From Alphaproteobacteria bacterium (GTDB taxonomy: Bacteria > Pseudomonadota > Alphaproteobacteria > JAAXGF01), in the NCBI GenBank assembly GCA_963555825.3, contig CAUVXB020000002.1:1344001-1408000 (forward strand): a DNA stretch of 64,000 nt, written 5' to 3'. Of the stretch, positions 10,856 through 20,701 are shown one piece after another. How positions within the stretch are numbered: the first letter of the stretch is position 1; every line of letters begins with the position of its first letter. Position numbers and translations under genes: made by a program. The notes under the pieces were generated by a model, which worked only from the letters and a program-made list of their open reading frames with translations, made no database searches and was not told where the DNA came from.

Positions 10856-11434
10856 TCAAGTGGATTTTGTTCTTGATCTCCAAGTATCCCAATCAACCTG
10901 CCCGTGCTCGTTAGCGATACTCAGAGCGTCTGGAGGGACACGATCGGTGAACACGACCAGGTTCCGGCATTCCCATCGAGCGCTCGGAGCGATGAGACCC
11001 TCGAAATCGAGAAAATGCGCTGCTTCTCCGATGTCTTGCAAACGCGGGTATTCTTCATGTTTACGGGCGTATTGGAGAGATCCGTACCTACCTCCATCCA
11101 CTCCAAGGACACGAAGCGCCGCTATGTCCGCCAACTCCAGGACCCGGTCGAGCTCGACACGTAGCTCGTAAAGGCGAAACACCATCCGGGATGGGAAGAC
11201 CGGTTGGCCACGCATGATGTGGAAGTATATCTCGGCAAGCGCGCCATCGGACTCGAGCGAGGTGTAAAGGACGTCGAACGTTCCGTCGTCCCATCGCCCG
11301 CCAGGCGACGATGCCTGCAGCGGATCACGATCACCGCGCACGACGCGCCAAACGGAACCCTCGAATTTCGTAGCAGTCGCCGCCTCGATCGCGTCGAGTA
11401 GCGTGTTGTCCCGTACCCTGCGGCGCTGGATCAT
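10856..11434 (-). CDS. RES domain protein (NAD+-targeting toxin family)
   Basis: VWR...GRW...LYTS...ALAE...PSAR...NLVVF. Confidence 0.88.
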   Translation of the reverse strand: MIQRRRVRDNTLLDAIEAATATKFEGSVWRVVRGDRDPLQASSPGGRWDDGTFDVLYTSLESDGALAEIYFHIMRGQPVFPSRMVFRLYELRVELDRVLELADIAALRVLGVDGGRYGSLQYARKHEEYPRLQDIGEAAHFLDFEGLIAPSARWECRNLVVFTDRVPPDALSIANEHGQVDWDTWRSRTKST

Positions 11435-11438
11435 CTAC

Positions 11439-11777
11439 TCAGAGGTACGCGCCGGAGTCCAGCCGTTCGAGCACGTCGAGAATCTCCTCGGACCGTCCGT
11501 CGTTGATGACATCGATCGGTCGCTCGCCGCCGAGCTGTGGATGCCGCGCGAAGAGCCACAATCGAATCTCCTCCGACGTGTAATAATCGCGTAAACGCCC
11601 GACGATGTAATGAAGATCGGACAGAACGAGCTGCGTCCGTGGATGAGGACTGAGCTTGCCCGTTGACCAACGTGAAACCGTCGCGGTCGACACGTCCGCG
11701 ATGTTCGCGATGTCGGTGCCCTTCAGACCACCCTCTTCGCGCAGCTCGTCGATGTATCTCGCGACAGCTCCCACCAT
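11439..11777 (-). CDS. Xre/MbcA/ParS-type antitoxin
   Basis: N-terminal HTH (IANIADVSTATVSRW); WL...LGGERPIDVI C-terminal domain. Confidence 0.85.
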   Translation of the reverse strand: MVGAVARYIDELREEGGLKGTDIANIADVSTATVSRWSTGKLSPHPRTQLVLSDLHYIVGRLRDYYTSEEIRLWLFARHPQLGGERPIDVINDGRSEEILDVLERLDSGAYL

Positions 11778-11782
11778 CTCGA

Positions 11783-13057
11783 TTACGTGCCTCCCCGGCT
11801 ATCGTCCACGGCGTCGACATTACCACGCATCGCGGCCGGTGCGCGGGCGGCGCCGTCGCCGAGCGCCCGATAGAGGTTTTCGAGCACCAATCGTTTCTTC
11901 TCGGTGCGAAGGCTGTGTTCGACCAGTCTTTTTGTTAGTTCGTCATCTCCAGTTTTGAGTTCCTTTACCTGACGCGCCAGCCGATCGGACTGTGCCATAT
12001 CGGTATCGAGGAAATAGCGAATTCGGCTAAAATCCGGCACCTCTTCAAGCGCACGGATTCGGTTGAATCGCTGATTCAAGAAATGCGCCCGCCAGTTTTT
12101 GATCATGTCCTCAAGACCATGCAAACAGCAATTACGGTCGCCGCAAACCACCAGGCGATGGCCACCTCTAGCTTTCGCGAGCAGCTCTAGTTCTTTGATC
12201 TTGACGGACTTATCGAGACCGGGGATTGCAATGCGCGTACTGGCGCCGCCTACACGCCCGTCTGTGTTCATTTTCCTCGGTTTGTCCCATTGTCCGGCGG
12301 AGAACCGCTCATGCTCGCCGACGCCGAACGCGAGACAACTTGCCGCTCCAAAAGCAAGTACGGCTAGACCGGCCAATCCGCCGACGTTGTCTGCGATTAT
12401 CGGTTTTCCCAGGTTGTGCAGGCCTCTCAGGGCGGCAATGTAGCGTCGAATACGCGACGGAGTTGCATCCGAACCGAAACCAGAGGCTCTAACCCAAAGA
12501 AATTCAAATGGTAGATCATTGATTCCCGATAGGAACGCGCCGCGCGTCGCCTCGTCGTGCAGATGCGAGTATGTCGGTATCAAAGTGTAATCGACGGCTA
12601 TTCGTCTCCCGCCTTCACGGTCGAGTGCGTCTCGCAACGCAATGCATGAATTTCGGTCTACATTGAACCATTCGTCCTGATTGCCATTGCGCAGAAAACG
12701 TCCTGGCGAAAGAACCGCGTCGACACCGTGCTCGACGGCAAATCGAGCAATTTGGCCAATTACATCACTTCTGGCGTCAGCAGAAAAATGTTCCGGTCGC
12801 AACGGACCTCCATCACCCGCCGATGCCCAAGGTGCGGATTTCACCTTCCCATCAAAACATGCGAGGACCGAGAGTTCCGCCGCGTCGGTATCGAGAACGA
12901 TCTCCGTACGCGATGCCTTCAACGCAGTCATGAGCTCTTTTTGGAACTTCAGCATGGACGCGGCGACGACTACTCGGCGCGCCGGTACGCGTCCCTCATC
13001 ATGCAATGTCTCAAGAGGGCGATAGACTGGTACGGCCGATTCGCAAGTAAGGGGCAA
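11783..13057 (-). CDS. Uncharacterised protein co-operonic with Xre-RES; 5' end possibly frameshifted
   Basis: 424-aa ORF ending 5 bp before the antitoxin start; lower GC; C-terminal CGDRNCC...H cluster. Confidence 0.75.
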   Translation of the reverse strand: MPLTCESAVPVYRPLETLHDEGRVPARRVVVAASMLKFQKELMTALKASRTEIVLDTDAAELSVLACFDGKVKSAPWASAGDGGPLRPEHFSADARSDVIGQIARFAVEHGVDAVLSPGRFLRNGNQDEWFNVDRNSCIALRDALDREGGRRIAVDYTLIPTYSHLHDEATRGAFLSGINDLPFEFLWVRASGFGSDATPSRIRRYIAALRGLHNLGKPIIADNVGGLAGLAVLAFGAASCLAFGVGEHERFSAGQWDKPRKMNTDGRVGGASTRIAIPGLDKSVKIKELELLAKARGGHRLVVCGDRNCCLHGLEDMIKNWRAHFLNQRFNRIRALEEVPDFSRIRYFLDTDMAQSDRLARQVKELKTGDDELTKRLVEHSLRTEKKRLVLENLYRALGDGAARAPAAMRGNVDAVDDSRGGT

Positions 13058-13240
13058 TCGGTTGGGACGGAACCTGAATGCTCGGCATTGGCAGGATTTT
13101 GGCGTTTATCAAGCTGCCCTAGCGTGGAATTAACGTTTTCATTGCATGAAGTGTATAATATGAAACATAAATGTCAACATCGAAATTCGCTCGCATCGAA
13201 CATTCGGCATCCAAACGTGCGAGCCTAAGCCATGAAAGAC

Positions 13241-13266
13241 AAGGGCCGCCCGGTGGGGCGGCCCTT
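13241..13266 (-). terminator. Hairpin downstream of the acyl-CoA dehydrogenase gene
   Basis: AAGGGCCGCCC-GGTG-GGGCGGCCCTT inverted repeat. Confidence 0.55.
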
Positions 13267-13291
13267 AGTGGTTTGCGCGGTGTAACGCGAC

Positions 13292-14686
13292 TCAGTCGCC
13301 GGCGTCGGCCATGAGCTTCTCGGCGAGCGCCTTCTTGGCGTCGGCGTCGAGCTTCTTGATCTCGTTGTCGAGCACGCGCTGGTTCACGGAAGTGTTCCAA
13401 TAATCGAGCGAATCGAAGCCCAAGAGCGCCGACTTGCCGACGAACTGGCGCAGCACCTCGTTCGACGGGCCCATGACCCAGCCCGCCTTGGCGTCGCGCA
13501 GGTAGCGCTCGATGCCGAGGCCGGGCTTGTAGCCGGTGCCGCCGCAGGCGTGCAGCATCTTGTCCGAGACGTTGGCCACCGTTTTGGCGGCGGTGAACTT
13601 GAGCATCCACATCCAATGCAGCACGCTCGCGCGCGGCAGGTTGCCGACGTCGTCGGCATGGATCGACCAGTCGCAGCCGTTGGTCAGGTCGTCCATCGCC
13701 TTGGCCATCTGGTAGTTCATGGCGCGCGCGGCGTTGGTATCGATGATCGCCTCGCCGACGTAGTCCTGGATCGTCGGGTAGTCGCACACCCGCATGCCGA
13801 CGTCGACGTGCTTCTTGGCCGTGGTGTGACGCTTGGTGATGTCGATCATGCCGAGCGAGATGCCGTTCCAGCAGGCCGACGAGCACATCAGGAAGAACGG
13901 ATCGACCGCCTCGTCGTTCGACGACGCGCCGTCGCCGACCGGGCCGACCATGCGGTCGGCGGGGATGACGATGTTGTCGACCAACAGCGTCCCCGACTGG
14001 TTGCCGCGCAGCCCCATGCCGTCCCATTTGGCGGGCTCGGCCTTGACCTCGTCGCCCATGATCATGAAGCACGACAGGTTCGAATAATCGCCGTCGAAGT
14101 CGGGGCTGGTGGTCTGTACGATGTACCAGTCGGCGAAGCCGCCCGAGGTCGTCCACGACGACTTCTTGAGCACCTTCCAGCCGTCCTCGACACGCTCGGC
14201 GCCCGACGAGAAGGGATACCAGAAGTGGCCGCCGGTCTCGGGGTCGGAGTACGACAGCGTGCCGATGAAGACGTCCTTGTCGAGCCGCTTCATGACGTCC
14301 TGAATGGTCGGGTTGCCATGGGCGCGCAGCATGGCGGCGGCGACCGCGCCGATGTGCATGGTGTAGCACATCGCGGTCGAGGCGCAGCCGTAGCGCGCGA
14401 TGGTCTCGACCGCCATGGTGGCGCAGACATGGTTCTCGCCGAGGCCGCCCCATTCCTTGGGCACCAGAAGACCCATCAGGCCGAGCGAGGCGAGCGCCTC
14501 GAAGTTCTTGCGCGGGAAGATCAGCTTCTTGTCGCTCTCGACTGCGTTGTCGCGGAGCGTGGTCTGGCAGAGCTTGATCAGTTTGGCCTGCAGCTCCTGC
14601 TGCGCCGGGGTGAGCAGCCACTGCGGATCGTATTCGAACCCCAGCCCCCAGAACTCCTCGGACCCCCACATCTTGGTATCAGTCAT
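13292..14686 (-). CDS. Acyl-CoA dehydrogenase family protein
   Basis: VPKEWGGLG, SYSDP, GLRGNQS, HACGGTGY...IERYLRDA. Confidence 0.9.
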   Translation of the reverse strand: MTDTKMWGSEEFWGLGFEYDPQWLLTPAQQELQAKLIKLCQTTLRDNAVESDKKLIFPRKNFEALASLGLMGLLVPKEWGGLGENHVCATMAVETIARYGCASTAMCYTMHIGAVAAAMLRAHGNPTIQDVMKRLDKDVFIGTLSYSDPETGGHFWYPFSSGAERVEDGWKVLKKSSWTTSGGFADWYIVQTTSPDFDGDYSNLSCFMIMGDEVKAEPAKWDGMGLRGNQSGTLLVDNIVIPADRMVGPVGDGASSNDEAVDPFFLMCSSACWNGISLGMIDITKRHTTAKKHVDVGMRVCDYPTIQDYVGEAIIDTNAARAMNYQMAKAMDDLTNGCDWSIHADDVGNLPRASVLHWMWMLKFTAAKTVANVSDKMLHACGGTGYKPGLGIERYLRDAKAGWVMGPSNEVLRQFVGKSALLGFDSLDYWNTSVNQRVLDNEIKKLDADAKKALAEKLMADAGD

Positions 14687-14926
14687 GGTCTCCCCTGAAT
14701 CTGCTTGTTCTGGCCGCCGATCGGCGGCGTTGTCTCAAGGGCGGGATGTTAGAGCATGCCAAAGGACCGGAGCAAGCGCGTCGCCATCTTCCCAGAGTCC
14801 GCTTGACAGCCTCCGTGCCAGCCGATATCCGTTGAAGCAATGAAAATCGACCGCGCGTAACGCGGCCGCCCGCTTATCCGCGCCAAGCCGCGGGGAGCGG
14901 ATCATCGGACCAGGGAGGGAACCGAT

Positions 14927-16201
14927 ATGACGACACGACTGAGCCGCAGGAAATTCATCGCCACGACCGCCGCCGGCGTCGCCGCGGCGAGCGTCGCGCC
15001 GAAGCCCGGCTTCGGCGCCAAGACGGTCAAGATCGGCTTCAACGCGCCGCTGACCGGCGAGGTCGCGGCCTGGGGCCTGCCCGGCCTCAACGGCTGCGAG
15101 ATCTGGGCCGAGCAGGTCAACGCGGCGGGCGGCGTCGACATCGGCGGCGAGGCGCATATGGTCGAGCTGGTGCCGTTCGACAACGAATACCTCAGCGACA
15201 AGGCGCTGCAAGGCGCCAAGAAGCAGGTGCTCGAGGACGACGTCAAGATCATCCTCATGCTGGGCGGCACCGACGCCGCCGGCGCGGTGCCCTGGCTGAC
15301 GCGCAAGAAAATTCTGTCGACGACGCTGTTGCCTTCCGACCTGTCGCCCGAAACCAAGTATCACCTGGCGCCCTGCGAGGTGCACCCGATCTACAACGTG
15401 ACCGGCGTCGAGTGGCTCGCCGAGAACAACCCCAACCTCAAGACCGCGGCGATCTGCGCCCAGGACGACGAGCTCGGCCGGCCCTCGGTGGCGACCTACC
15501 GCGCGGCCTTCGAAGCGGCCGGCATCGACGTCGTCTACGACAAGTTCTTCGGCATCGACACCGCCGACTTCGCGCCGATCGTCACCGCGATGCTGGCGAC
15601 CAAGCCCGACATCCTGTGCCTCGATACGGCTTACGCCGACTTCGTCAACCTGATCACCGAACAGGCCTTCCTGCAGGGCTTCAAGGGGCAGATCATCTCC
15701 TGCACCTTCGATTTCTATCCGCAGGTCATCGAGAAGACGAGCGCGGAATTCTGCGAGGGCTTCGTCTTCCAGTTCCCCGATTTCGACGACGCCGCGCTCA
15801 ACGATCCCAAGATCACCTTCAAGAACCCCGGCGCATTCTTCAAGACCTACAGCGAGCGCTATCCGGGCACCTGGTCGGCGGTCTCGTGGGAATACGTCTC
15901 GATCCTCGATCTGTGGAAGATCGCCGCCGAGACGGCGGGCAGCGTCGAGCCGCTGGACGTCCTCGCGGCGATGAAGCAAGACGGCACCGGCGACCACGCG
16001 TTCGGCAAGTCCAACTGGTGGGGCAAGGAGCTGTTCGGCGTCGACAACGCGTTGGTCGGCGACTGGCCGGTCGTGCAGATCCAGAACGGCAAGGCCAAGA
16101 TCGTCGCGTTCAAGAGCATCCCGGCGTGGTGGGACAAGAACAAGGACATCATGATCAAGCACTTCGAGGCGCTCGGCGAGATGTGGTACCAGCGCAGCTA
16201 G
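14927..16201 (+). CDS. Branched-chain amino acid-type ABC substrate-binding protein, Tat signal
   Basis: SRRKFI twin-arginine signal; KIGFNAPLTG; GGAGG RBS. Confidence 0.9.
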   Translation: MTTRLSRRKFIATTAAGVAAASVAPKPGFGAKTVKIGFNAPLTGEVAAWGLPGLNGCEIWAEQVNAAGGVDIGGEAHMVELVPFDNEYLSDKALQGAKKQVLEDDVKIILMLGGTDAAGAVPWLTRKKILSTTLLPSDLSPETKYHLAPCEVHPIYNVTGVEWLAENNPNLKTAAICAQDDELGRPSVATYRAAFEAAGIDVVYDKFFGIDTADFAPIVTAMLATKPDILCLDTAYADFVNLITEQAFLQGFKGQIISCTFDFYPQVIEKTSAEFCEGFVFQFPDFDDAALNDPKITFKNPGAFFKTYSERYPGTWSAVSWEYVSILDLWKIAAETAGSVEPLDVLAAMKQDGTGDHAFGKSNWWGKELFGVDNALVGDWPVVQIQNGKAKIVAFKSIPAWWDKNKDIMIKHFEALGEMWYQRS

Positions 16202-16251
16202 CCCTGAGGGCCGGCGTCCGAGCCTGGTCCGTCTCGAGCGTCGAAATGACG

Positions 16252-16283
16252 AGAACCGGGGCGCCGCGCGCTCCGGTTCTTTT
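16252..16283 (+). terminator. Intrinsic terminator or stabilising hairpin after the binding-protein gene
   Basis: AGAACCGGGGCG-CCG-CGCGCTCCGGTTCT followed by a T run. Confidence 0.55.
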
Positions 16284-16305
16284 CATATAATGCGGTGACA
16301 AAAAC

Positions 16306-17184
16306 GTGTCCGATCTCGTTTTACAGACCATCGCCAACGCGCTCGTCGCGAGCAGCTTCGCCGCCGTCATGGCGGTCGGGCTGGTGCTGATCTTCGGCGT
16401 CATGAAGGTCATCAACTTCGCCCATGGCGAGCTCTACATGGTCGGCGCCTATTCGGTCTGGTATCTCTACGCGACGCAGGACTGGCCGTTCCTCGTCGCG
16501 GTCGCCGCCGCGATCATCCTGGTCGCGGTGATTGGCATGATGATGGAACGCGCCCTGTTCCGGCCGATGCGCGGCAACCCGCTGGGCGGGCTGATCATGT
16601 CGGTCGGCGCGCTGTTCATCCTCCAGGTGCTGGCCGCCGACTTGTTCGGCGTCGGCCTGATGAAGCACATCCCGCCGGCCTATCCGGGCACCGTCGAGCC
16701 GTTCGGCATGGCGGGCGTCGCGGTGCCCTGGCAGCGCATCGTGGTGATCGCCGCCGCGCCGCTCATCCTTGGCGGGCTGTGGTTGTTCCTGCACCGCACG
16801 CGGACCGGCTGGGCGTTGCGCGCCTGCGCCCAGGACCCCGAGACCGCCGCGCTGCAGGGCATCGGCATCGACAAGACCTCGCTGTTGGCGATGGCGATCG
16901 GCGGCGGGCTGGCGGGCGCCGCGGGTGGCATCATGTCGCCCTTGGTGCAGGTCGATCCCTATATGGGCCACGGCGCCATCATCACCGCCTTCATCGTCAT
17001 CATCGTCGGCGGCATCGGCAGTCTCGAGGGCGCCGTCATCGCGGCCTTCGTCTACATGTTCTTCCACACCTTCGTGACGACCTATTTCGACGGCACCATC
17101 GCCAGCATCCTCGGGCTGGTACTGATGCTGCTCGTGCTCGTGATCCGGCCCCAGGGCCTCTTGGGCACGCGCGAGAAGGTCTGA
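16306..17184 (+). CDS. Branched-chain amino acid ABC permease (LivH-like)
   Basis: GLVLIFGVMKVINFAHG; IVGGIGS; RPQGL. Confidence 0.92.
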   Translation: MSDLVLQTIANALVASSFAAVMAVGLVLIFGVMKVINFAHGELYMVGAYSVWYLYATQDWPFLVAVAAAIILVAVIGMMMERALFRPMRGNPLGGLIMSVGALFILQVLAADLFGVGLMKHIPPAYPGTVEPFGMAGVAVPWQRIVVIAAAPLILGGLWLFLHRTRTGWALRACAQDPETAALQGIGIDKTSLLAMAIGGGLAGAAGGIMSPLVQVDPYMGHGAIITAFIVIIVGGIGSLEGAVIAAFVYMFFHTFVTTYFDGTIASILGLVLMLLVLVIRPQGLLGTREKV

Positions 17185-18176
17185 TGGGCAGCCTCGATGC
17201 CAGGCTCGTCAGAACCGCCGGCGTCGTCGCGCTGATCGCCCTGATGATCGCGCTGCCCTTCTTGGTCAGGCCCTACCTGCACAGCGTGCTGATCGGGCTC
17301 CTGGTCAACGTCATCGTCGTCGTCAGCTACCGGCTGATCACGACGACCGGCGAATGGTCGCTCGGCCATGTCGTCATGATGGGCGTCGGCGGCTACGCCA
17401 GCGCGCTGCTGATGAAGCAGTTCGGCTGGACGTTTTGGGCCAGCGTGCCGGCGGGTGGGGCGATCTCGGCGCTGATGGCTTATCTGTTGAGCTTCCCGCT
17501 GTTCCGCATGAAGGGCTTCTACTTCCTGATCGGCTCGTTCGCGGCGGGCGAGGCGATCCGACTGACCTGGCAGCGTTTCCGCGACCCGTTCGGCGGCGCC
17601 GGCGGCCTGAACAACCTGTTCCCGCCGCTCCTCGAGGTGCCCGGCCTCGGCGAGATCGACCTGCTCGAAGACATCCCCTATTACCAGCTCACCCTGGCGG
17701 TCACCGTGGTCTCGCTCTTGCTCATGTACCGGCTCGAGCGCTCGCGCGTCGGGCTGACGCTGCACGCCATCCACTGGCAGGACGCGCTCGCCGAATCGGT
17801 CGGCGTCGACACCCGGCACTACCGCACGCTCGCCTTTGTTACCGCGTCGTTCTTCGCCGGCATCGCGGGCGCCCTCTTGGCCCATCACCTGGGCACCATC
17901 AACCCCAACCAGTTCTCGCTCTCGATCATGCTCTACGTGCTGGTCTGGGTCATCGTCGGCGGCGCCGCGAGCTTCGCCGGGCCGATCATCGGGGTCGCCG
18001 TGCTGACCATCGTCGACACGTCGCTGCGCGGCCTGCCGGCGGTCGGCGAACACCGCCCGCTGATCTATGGCTTCATCCTGATTTTCACCATGCTTTTCCT
18101 GCCCGACGGCCTCGAGACGCTGCCCGCCAAGCTCAAGGGCTGGCTCCTGCGGCTGCGCCGTGGCGCGGCCTCCTAA
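17184..18176 (+). CDS. Branched-chain amino acid ABC permease (LivM-like)
   Basis: TGEWSLGH; AESVGVD; VIVGG..GP..G; LPDGL; ATG overlaps the upstream stop. Confidence 0.9.
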   Translation: MGSLDARLVRTAGVVALIALMIALPFLVRPYLHSVLIGLLVNVIVVVSYRLITTTGEWSLGHVVMMGVGGYASALLMKQFGWTFWASVPAGGAISALMAYLLSFPLFRMKGFYFLIGSFAAGEAIRLTWQRFRDPFGGAGGLNNLFPPLLEVPGLGEIDLLEDIPYYQLTLAVTVVSLLLMYRLERSRVGLTLHAIHWQDALAESVGVDTRHYRTLAFVTASFFAGIAGALLAHHLGTINPNQFSLSIMLYVLVWVIVGGAASFAGPIIGVAVLTIVDTSLRGLPAVGEHRPLIYGFILIFTMLFLPDGLETLPAKLKGWLLRLRRGAAS

Positions 18177-18187
18177 GGGGAAGCCCC

Positions 18188-18973
18188 ATGGCCGGCGAGG
18201 ACAAGCTCTACGACCGCTACGACGACTCGGTGGTGATCGTTTCCGAGCTGATCTTCGGCGCCGGCCACATGTCGCCCGGCGGGCCCGAGAGCGTGCGCGC
18301 GATCGTCGAAGGCCTCGATCTCGCCGGCAAGACCGTGCTCGACATCGTCTGCGCGATCGGCGGCATCGACGTCCAGCTCGCCTCCGAGTTCGACTGCCGC
18401 GTCGTCGGCGTCGACATCGAGCCCGGATTGGTCGACATCGGGCGCAAGCGCATCGAGGCCGCCGGCCTCGCCGACCGGGTCGATCTGCGCCTCGTCGAGC
18501 CCGGCCCGCTGCCCTTCGACGACGCCGCCTTCGATGTCGTCTTCGGCAAGGACAGCTGGCTCCTGATCGACGACAAGCCGGCCTTATTCGCCGAGCTGCA
18601 CCGCGTTCTCAGGCCCGGCGGCAGCATCGCGGCGAGCGAATGGATGGGCGACGGCGCCCCGCCCAGCGCCGACATGGAAGCCTATTTCGAACTGCGCGGC
18701 ATGGCCTATCACCTCGAGACGGCTGGATCCTACGATGCCATGCTGCGCGCGGCCGGCTTCACGGACATTACGGTTGCCGACACCTCGGACGTGCGCCGCG
18801 GCCAGCCGCGCGCGTGTTGCGACGCCATGGCGGGGCGCCTGCGCGGGCCGATGATCGCGGCGATCGGCGCGGCCCGGCACGAAGGCTTCCTGACCCAGTG
18901 GCGCGCGCTCGCCGGTCTGTTCGAGTCCGGCGAGCTGCGCGCCGGCCACCTACGCGGGGCGAAACCAAATTAG
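18188..18973 (+). CDS. Class I SAM-dependent methyltransferase (N-methyltransferase-like)
   Basis: MSPGG, VLDIVCAIGG, GVDIE, PFDDAAFD, RVLRPGG. Confidence 0.85.
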   Translation: MAGEDKLYDRYDDSVVIVSELIFGAGHMSPGGPESVRAIVEGLDLAGKTVLDIVCAIGGIDVQLASEFDCRVVGVDIEPGLVDIGRKRIEAAGLADRVDLRLVEPGPLPFDDAAFDVVFGKDSWLLIDDKPALFAELHRVLRPGGSIAASEWMGDGAPPSADMEAYFELRGMAYHLETAGSYDAMLRAAGFTDITVADTSDVRRGQPRACCDAMAGRLRGPMIAAIGAARHEGFLTQWRALAGLFESGELRAGHLRGAKPN

Positions 18974-19201
18974 AGGGTCTTATCGGAGCGAAGCGCTTCG
19001 ACGCTTCTGCCAAACGGTCGGGCGCCGCATAGGCCGCTGACCTGTACGCCGTTTCCGCGACACAAGCGCGGCAGGCACATATCTGAGAACGGCAGAGCAA
19101 TAATCCCCCACTGAAGCGGCCGGTCGATCCGGCTGCGGCGGACCAAAATGGGACCGCGTATAGCCTTCTGTCAGGGTTGCTCTGACTGGAAGGCGGGGGG
19201 G

Positions 19202-20701
19202 ATGTATCGGGTGGAGTTGTACGCACGGGTTCGGCGGGCGTGTCATGTCGAGGGGATGAGCACCCGCGAGGCCTCGCGGGTGTTTGGTGTAGACCGCAAG
19301 ACGGTCCGTAAGATGCTGTCGTTCTCGGTGCCGCCAGGGTATCGCCGAAGCGCGCCGCCGAGGCGGCCAAAGCTGGGTCCGTTCACGGGAATCATCGATC
19401 GGATCTTGGAAGACGATCGGACCAGCCACCGCAAGCAACGGCACACTGCGAAGCGCATCTTCGACCGCCTCCGGGACGAGTACGGTTTCACGGGCGGCTA
19501 CACCATCGTGAAGGACTACGTTCGTGAGCAGGGGCTTCGGTCGCGTGAGGTGTTCGTGCCACTCTCCCATTCCCCCGGTCACGCCCAGGCGGACTTCGGC
19601 GAAGCGATGGCGGTGATCGGCGGCGCGTTACGGAAGATCCACTTCCTTGCCTTCGACCTTCCCCACAGTGATGGTTGCTTTGTTGCGGCCTATCCGGCGG
19701 AGACGACCGAAGCATTCTGCGATGGCCACAACGCGGCGTTTGCCTTCTTCGGCGGCGTCCCCCGATCCATCCTGTACGACAACACCAAGCTGGCGGTTGC
19801 CCGGATCCTGGGCGATGGGAAGCGGCAGCGAACGCGCGTCTTCACGGAGCTTCAGTCCCACTATCTGTTCGAGGACAGGTTCGGCCGGCCGGGCAAGGGC
19901 AACGACAAGGGCAAGGTCGAGGGACTGGTCGGCTTCATCCGGCGGAACTTCCTGGTCCCCGTCCCGCGTGCCGAGAGCTTCGCGGCCCTCAACGATGCTC
20001 TCGCCGAACAGTGCCGCCGGCGCCAGGCGGCGCGGCTGCGGGGCCACAAGGAGACCATCGGCGAGCGTCTCGAGCGGGATCGTCAAGTTCTCTTGCCATT
20101 GCCGCCTGCTCCCTATGATGCCTGCGATAAGCGCCCTGGACGGGCGAGTTCGCTGTCGCTGGTGCGTTACCGCAGCAACGACTATTCCGTGCCCGTGGCC
20201 TACGGCCACCGTGAGGTGCTCATCCGGGGCTACGTCGATGAGGTGGTGATCAGCTGCGGGGCCGAGGTGATCGCCCGGCACCGCCGGTCCTACGACAGCG
20301 AGGACCTGATCTTCGACCCGCTGCATTACCTGCCCTTGATCGAGCAGAAGATCGGCGCCCTCGACCAGGCCGCGCCATTGGCGGGCTGGGACCTGCCCGA
20401 GGCCTTCATCACTCTGCGGCGGCTCCTCGAAGCTCGTATGGGCAAGGCAGGCAAGCGCGAGTACGTCCAGGTGCTCCGTCTACTGGAGACCTTCCGGCTC
20501 GAGGAGGTCGAGGGTGCGGTCGGCGACGCCCTGCGGCTCGGCGCAATCGGCTTTGATGCGGTGAAGCACCTGGTACTGTGCCGCATCGAGCGGCGGCCGC
20601 CCAGGCTCAACCTCGACGTCTATCCGTATCTGCCGCGCGCCCGGGTCGCGATGACGTCCGCCAAGTCGTACATGAGCCTGCTGTCGGGGCTCGGCGCATG
20701 A
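19202..20701 (+). CDS. istA: IS21 transposase
   Basis: QADFG, LYDN, KGKVE DDE motifs. Confidence 0.95.
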   Translation: MYRVELYARVRRACHVEGMSTREASRVFGVDRKTVRKMLSFSVPPGYRRSAPPRRPKLGPFTGIIDRILEDDRTSHRKQRHTAKRIFDRLRDEYGFTGGYTIVKDYVREQGLRSREVFVPLSHSPGHAQADFGEAMAVIGGALRKIHFLAFDLPHSDGCFVAAYPAETTEAFCDGHNAAFAFFGGVPRSILYDNTKLAVARILGDGKRQRTRVFTELQSHYLFEDRFGRPGKGNDKGKVEGLVGFIRRNFLVPVPRAESFAALNDALAEQCRRRQAARLRGHKETIGERLERDRQVLLPLPPAPYDACDKRPGRASSLSLVRYRSNDYSVPVAYGHREVLIRGYVDEVVISCGAEVIARHRRSYDSEDLIFDPLHYLPLIEQKIGALDQAAPLAGWDLPEAFITLRRLLEARMGKAGKREYVQVLRLLETFRLEEVEGAVGDALRLGAIGFDAVKHLVLCRIERRPPRLNLDVYPYLPRARVAMTSAKSYMSLLSGLGA

